Positions 61,653 to 64,000 of a DNA stretch of 64,000 nucleotides are shown one piece after another. Source of the stretch: Agathobacter rectalis (GTDB lineage: Bacteria > Actinomycetota > Coriobacteriia > Coriobacteriales > QAMH01). The notes below the pieces were generated by a model. That model did no database searches. It saw only the letters and a program-made list of their open reading frames with translations, and was not told the DNA's origin. Both the position numbers and the translations under genes were made by a program. Position 1 is the stretch's first letter, and every line of letters starts with the position of its first letter. Location of the stretch: positions 45,680-109,679 of the forward strand of contig CAVAPV010000001.1 of assembly GCA_963590525.1 (NCBI GenBank), read 5' to 3'.

Positions 61653-63191
61653 ATGGACTTCAGTACTGGAATCTTCTTTTGGGGATTCATGATCGTCTAC
61701 GGCATCGTGATGTTTGCGTTGTCGCCCAAGACGGTCAATCTGGGAGGCTTCTTTCGCGGCGAGGACAAGCAGGGCAAGGACTGCAACCCGTGGATGATCA
61801 CCGCCTCCATCTTTATCGCATGGATCTTTGCTAAATCTGTCACCAACGCCGCCAACATGGGCCAAAGCTTTGGCATCGTGGGCGGTATCGGCTATGCCGT
61901 GTATTGGCTGTGCATCCCGCTGACCGGCTATGCGCTGTATCGCCTGCGCCGCAAGTTTGGCGCCAAGGGCATGGTGAGCTTTCTGACCGAAAACTACGGC
62001 GTCGCCGCGGCCTTCTGCTTTAGCGCTGCCATCTTGGTGCGCCTCTTTAACGAGGTCTGGTCCAACACCAGCGTCATCGGTTCTTACTACGGCACCAGCG
62101 GCACCATGCCGTTTATTCTCGCGGCATTGCTGTTTACTGCCATCACCGTTTTGTACTGCTGCTGGGGCGGCATGCGCGGCTCCATCGTCACCGACGTCTT
62201 GCAGGCCATCCTGTTTGCCGTGCTCATGCTGGTCGTTATCTTCTGGGTTATCCCGCAAGACGGCGTGGGTGCCATCGCCACCAGCGGCAGCTGGACGCTG
62301 GAAGGCGGCGTCGACTTCATCATAGGCGCCGCGCTGCAGTGCCTGTCCTACGGCTTCCATGACGCCGTGCTCACCGACCGCGGCTTCCTTTGCCGCCCCA
62401 AGAAGATGCTCAAATGCTACATCGCCGCAGGCCTGCTGGGCTTTGTCGCCATCGTGCTCTTCTCCACCATCGGCGTGCACTCCTATCTCAACAGCATGGC
62501 TCAAAGCGGCACCGACGCCCCCATCGTCGTTGCGCAGTCCTTGGGTATCGCGGCTTTCTTCATGATGGCCGTCATCATGATCGCCACCGCAGGCTCCACG
62601 CTTGACTCCACCTTTACGGCGCTGTCCAAGCTCACTGCACGCGATCTGCCCGGCATCTTGGGTAAGAAGCCCAAGATGAACCCCCGTATCATCGGCATCA
62701 TCTTCATGATCATCTTTGGCATCGTGGGCAACCTGCCCATGATCATGGGCGCGAGCATCATCACCGCTACCACCATCAGCGGCACGATGATCATGGGCTT
62801 GGGCCCCATCTTCTTGCTGCACGGCGCAGGCCCCATCAAGCCCACCAAGGTCGGCTTCATGCTGGCGTTTTGGATCGGCATGATCTTGGGTATCTGGGAC
62901 GTCGTCAACGCTGCGTCTTTGGGCTTCATGAACATCGGTGCAGGCAAGTACGCCAACTTCTTGGGCGTCAACCTCTACGGCGCCATCGTCTGCTGGCTGG
63001 CCTACATCATCCCCGGCGTTATTGCCAGCTCCAAAGAGAAGGCTGCAGGCATCGAGCCTACTTGGAAGGGCCTTTCCAAAGAGGAGCTTGCACGCCTGGA
63101 CAAGCTCGAGGACGAGGGTGCGGAGTATATTCCGGAATACGACCCCATCGAGAAAGACCCCAAGTGGGTCAACGAGTACCAGGGCGCATAA
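61653..63191 (+). CDS. sodium:solute symporter (SSS) family transporter
   Basis: 512-aa polytopic membrane protein. The N-terminal pattern (GGFFRGEDK...WMITASIFIAWIFAKSV) and about 13 TM helices fit an SSS-like topology. Substrate unknown. Confidence 0.7.
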   Translation: MDFSTGIFFWGFMIVYGIVMFALSPKTVNLGGFFRGEDKQGKDCNPWMITASIFIAWIFAKSVTNAANMGQSFGIVGGIGYAVYWLCIPLTGYALYRLRRKFGAKGMVSFLTENYGVAAAFCFSAAILVRLFNEVWSNTSVIGSYYGTSGTMPFILAALLFTAITVLYCCWGGMRGSIVTDVLQAILFAVLMLVVIFWVIPQDGVGAIATSGSWTLEGGVDFIIGAALQCLSYGFHDAVLTDRGFLCRPKKMLKCYIAAGLLGFVAIVLFSTIGVHSYLNSMAQSGTDAPIVVAQSLGIAAFFMMAVIMIATAGSTLDSTFTALSKLTARDLPGILGKKPKMNPRIIGIIFMIIFGIVGNLPMIMGASIITATTISGTMIMGLGPIFLLHGAGPIKPTKVGFMLAFWIGMILGIWDVVNAASLGFMNIGAGKYANFLGVNLYGAIVCWLAYIIPGVIASSKEKAAGIEPTWKGLSKEELARLDKLEDEGAEYIPEYDPIEKDPKWVNEYQGA

Positions 63192-63238
63192 GCTTGCGTT
63201 AGGCTAGTGCCTACGTTGCGCTAAGAGAAAGTTGCAAG

Positions 63239-63273
63239 GCGGCCGGGCGCTCGTGCTCGGCCGCTTTGGTTTT
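63239..63273 (+). terminator. putative terminator after the symporter gene
   Basis: GCGGCCG-(12 nt)-CGGCCGC followed by TTTGGTTTT. Confidence 0.5.
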
Positions 63274-63329
63274 GGACATGCAGGTTTGCGGCGGCAAGCA
63301 GCGGCCATTCAAAGAGAGAGGAAAAAACC

Positions 63330-64000
63330 ATGGGTTGCGGGAGCAAAAGCGGGGCTGTCGAGCCCCAAGATTACGTTGCGGGGCGCGTATGCCCCATGGA
63401 TTACAAGCTCGATCAAGCGCTGTGGGCGGCAGGCCCTGCGGTTACATGCGATGCGCTGCTGGTTGTGGGCGGCTTGTACGGCAATCCCTTTGCGGGCGAG
63501 GCCGTGCAGCGTATGGCCCAAGCAGAGCAAGGCCGCGTGCAGGTCGTATTCAACGGCGACATGCACTGGTTTGACCGAACCGCGCCCGAGTTTGCCCGCG
63601 TCGAGGAGCTTGGCGCGTGCGGAACTCCTCTGGTGGGCAATGTCGAGGCCGAGCTGCGCCGTGCAGACGATATAGGCGTGGGCTGCGGTTGCGCGTATCC
63701 GGATTGCGTAGACGATGCGTCGGTGGCGCGCTCAAATGCCATCCATCACATGATGCGCGACGAGGTGCGCCAGCATCCAGAGCTCATCGAGCGCTTGCAG
63801 GGGCGCGCTGCGCATATGACGGTGCAGGTGGGGGATGCCAAGGTGGGCATCACCCATGGCGATGAGAAGCTCTTGGGCGGCTGGGAGTGCGGCTTGGATG
63901 ACCTGGCGCTGCCTGCGCGCCAAGCAGAGCTGGATGCCTTTGTGGCGAGCAACGGCATCGACATCCTCGCCACCACGCATACCTGCGCCGCTGCAGCCTT
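63330..64000 (+). CDS. metallophosphoesterase-like protein, 3'-truncated by the window edge
   Basis: Not in the ORF track because no stop falls inside the window. The ATG at 63330 follows GAGAGAGGAAAAAACC. My translation is stop-free to nt 64000 and reads ...VVFNGDMHWFD...GNVE...ITHGDE...TTHTC. Confidence 0.5.
   Translation, partial: MGCGSKSGAVEPQDYVAGRVCPMDYKLDQALWAAGPAVTCDALLVVGGLYGNPFAGEAVQRMAQAEQGRVQVVFNGDMHWFDRTAPEFARVEELGACGTPLVGNVEAELRRADDIGVGCGCAYPDCVDDASVARSNAIHHMMRDEVRQHPELIERLQGRAAHMTVQVGDAKVGITHGDEKLLGGWECGLDDLALPARQAELDAFVASNGIDILATTHTCAAAA

Noticed and set aside
1-64000. Search for selenoprotein genes (two same-frame ORFs split by TGA with a downstream hairpin), prompted by selC and selA
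   Set aside because: No pair of adjacent same-frame ORF fragments with a family-consistent continuation across a TGA was found. All confidently assigned genes are complete without recoding.

Overview
High-GC, Gram-positive-type chromosomal window. Gene order and codon style suggest an anaerobic actinobacterium of the Coriobacteriia type, which is inference only. All family calls come from motifs read by eye in the supplied translations and DNA; no BLAST, HMM or folding was run.

Most of the window is conserved housekeeping on the + strand:
- acpS, nnrD, alr-like, UDG and tsaE
- a fused tsaB-rimI-tsaD, then tilS, hpt and ftsH
- folE and a fused folP-folK
- selC/selA
- yceD ... rpmF-plsX-rnc-smc-ftsY-ffh
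- a Dpp/Opp-type peptide ABC importer

The accessory or unusual parts are:
1. A 10.6-kb flavinylation-centred cluster at 50.8-61.4 kb. It holds ApbE, a NusG-II-like protein, a single-polypeptide Gx/EcfA/EcfA'/EcfT transporter, an FMN_bind protein, a NapH-like polyferredoxin and two large secreted proteins. Four copies of a GTTAGC-N4-GCTAAC palindrome sit in its promoter regions, and a perfect 43-nt inverted repeat brackets it.
2. A MerR regulator with two textbook 19-bp-spacer MerR-type promoters. These drive the regulator itself and a radical-SAM/SPASM gene fused operonically to an iron-chelate-type ABC importer.
3. A visibly AT-richer insertion at about 22-29.5 kb that splits the normally adjacent yceD and rpmF. 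It carries an AAA ATPase plus a hybrid histidine kinase and a GGDEF cyclase that share a gap-free 275-aa sensory module.
4. An alanine-racemase homolog at the canonical locus in which both catalytic bases appear substituted.

Two genes missing from the ORF track were found by reading the DNA: tRNA-Sec (15198..15294, minus strand) and rpmF (29685..29864). The many long antisense ORFs are treated as high-GC shadow frames.
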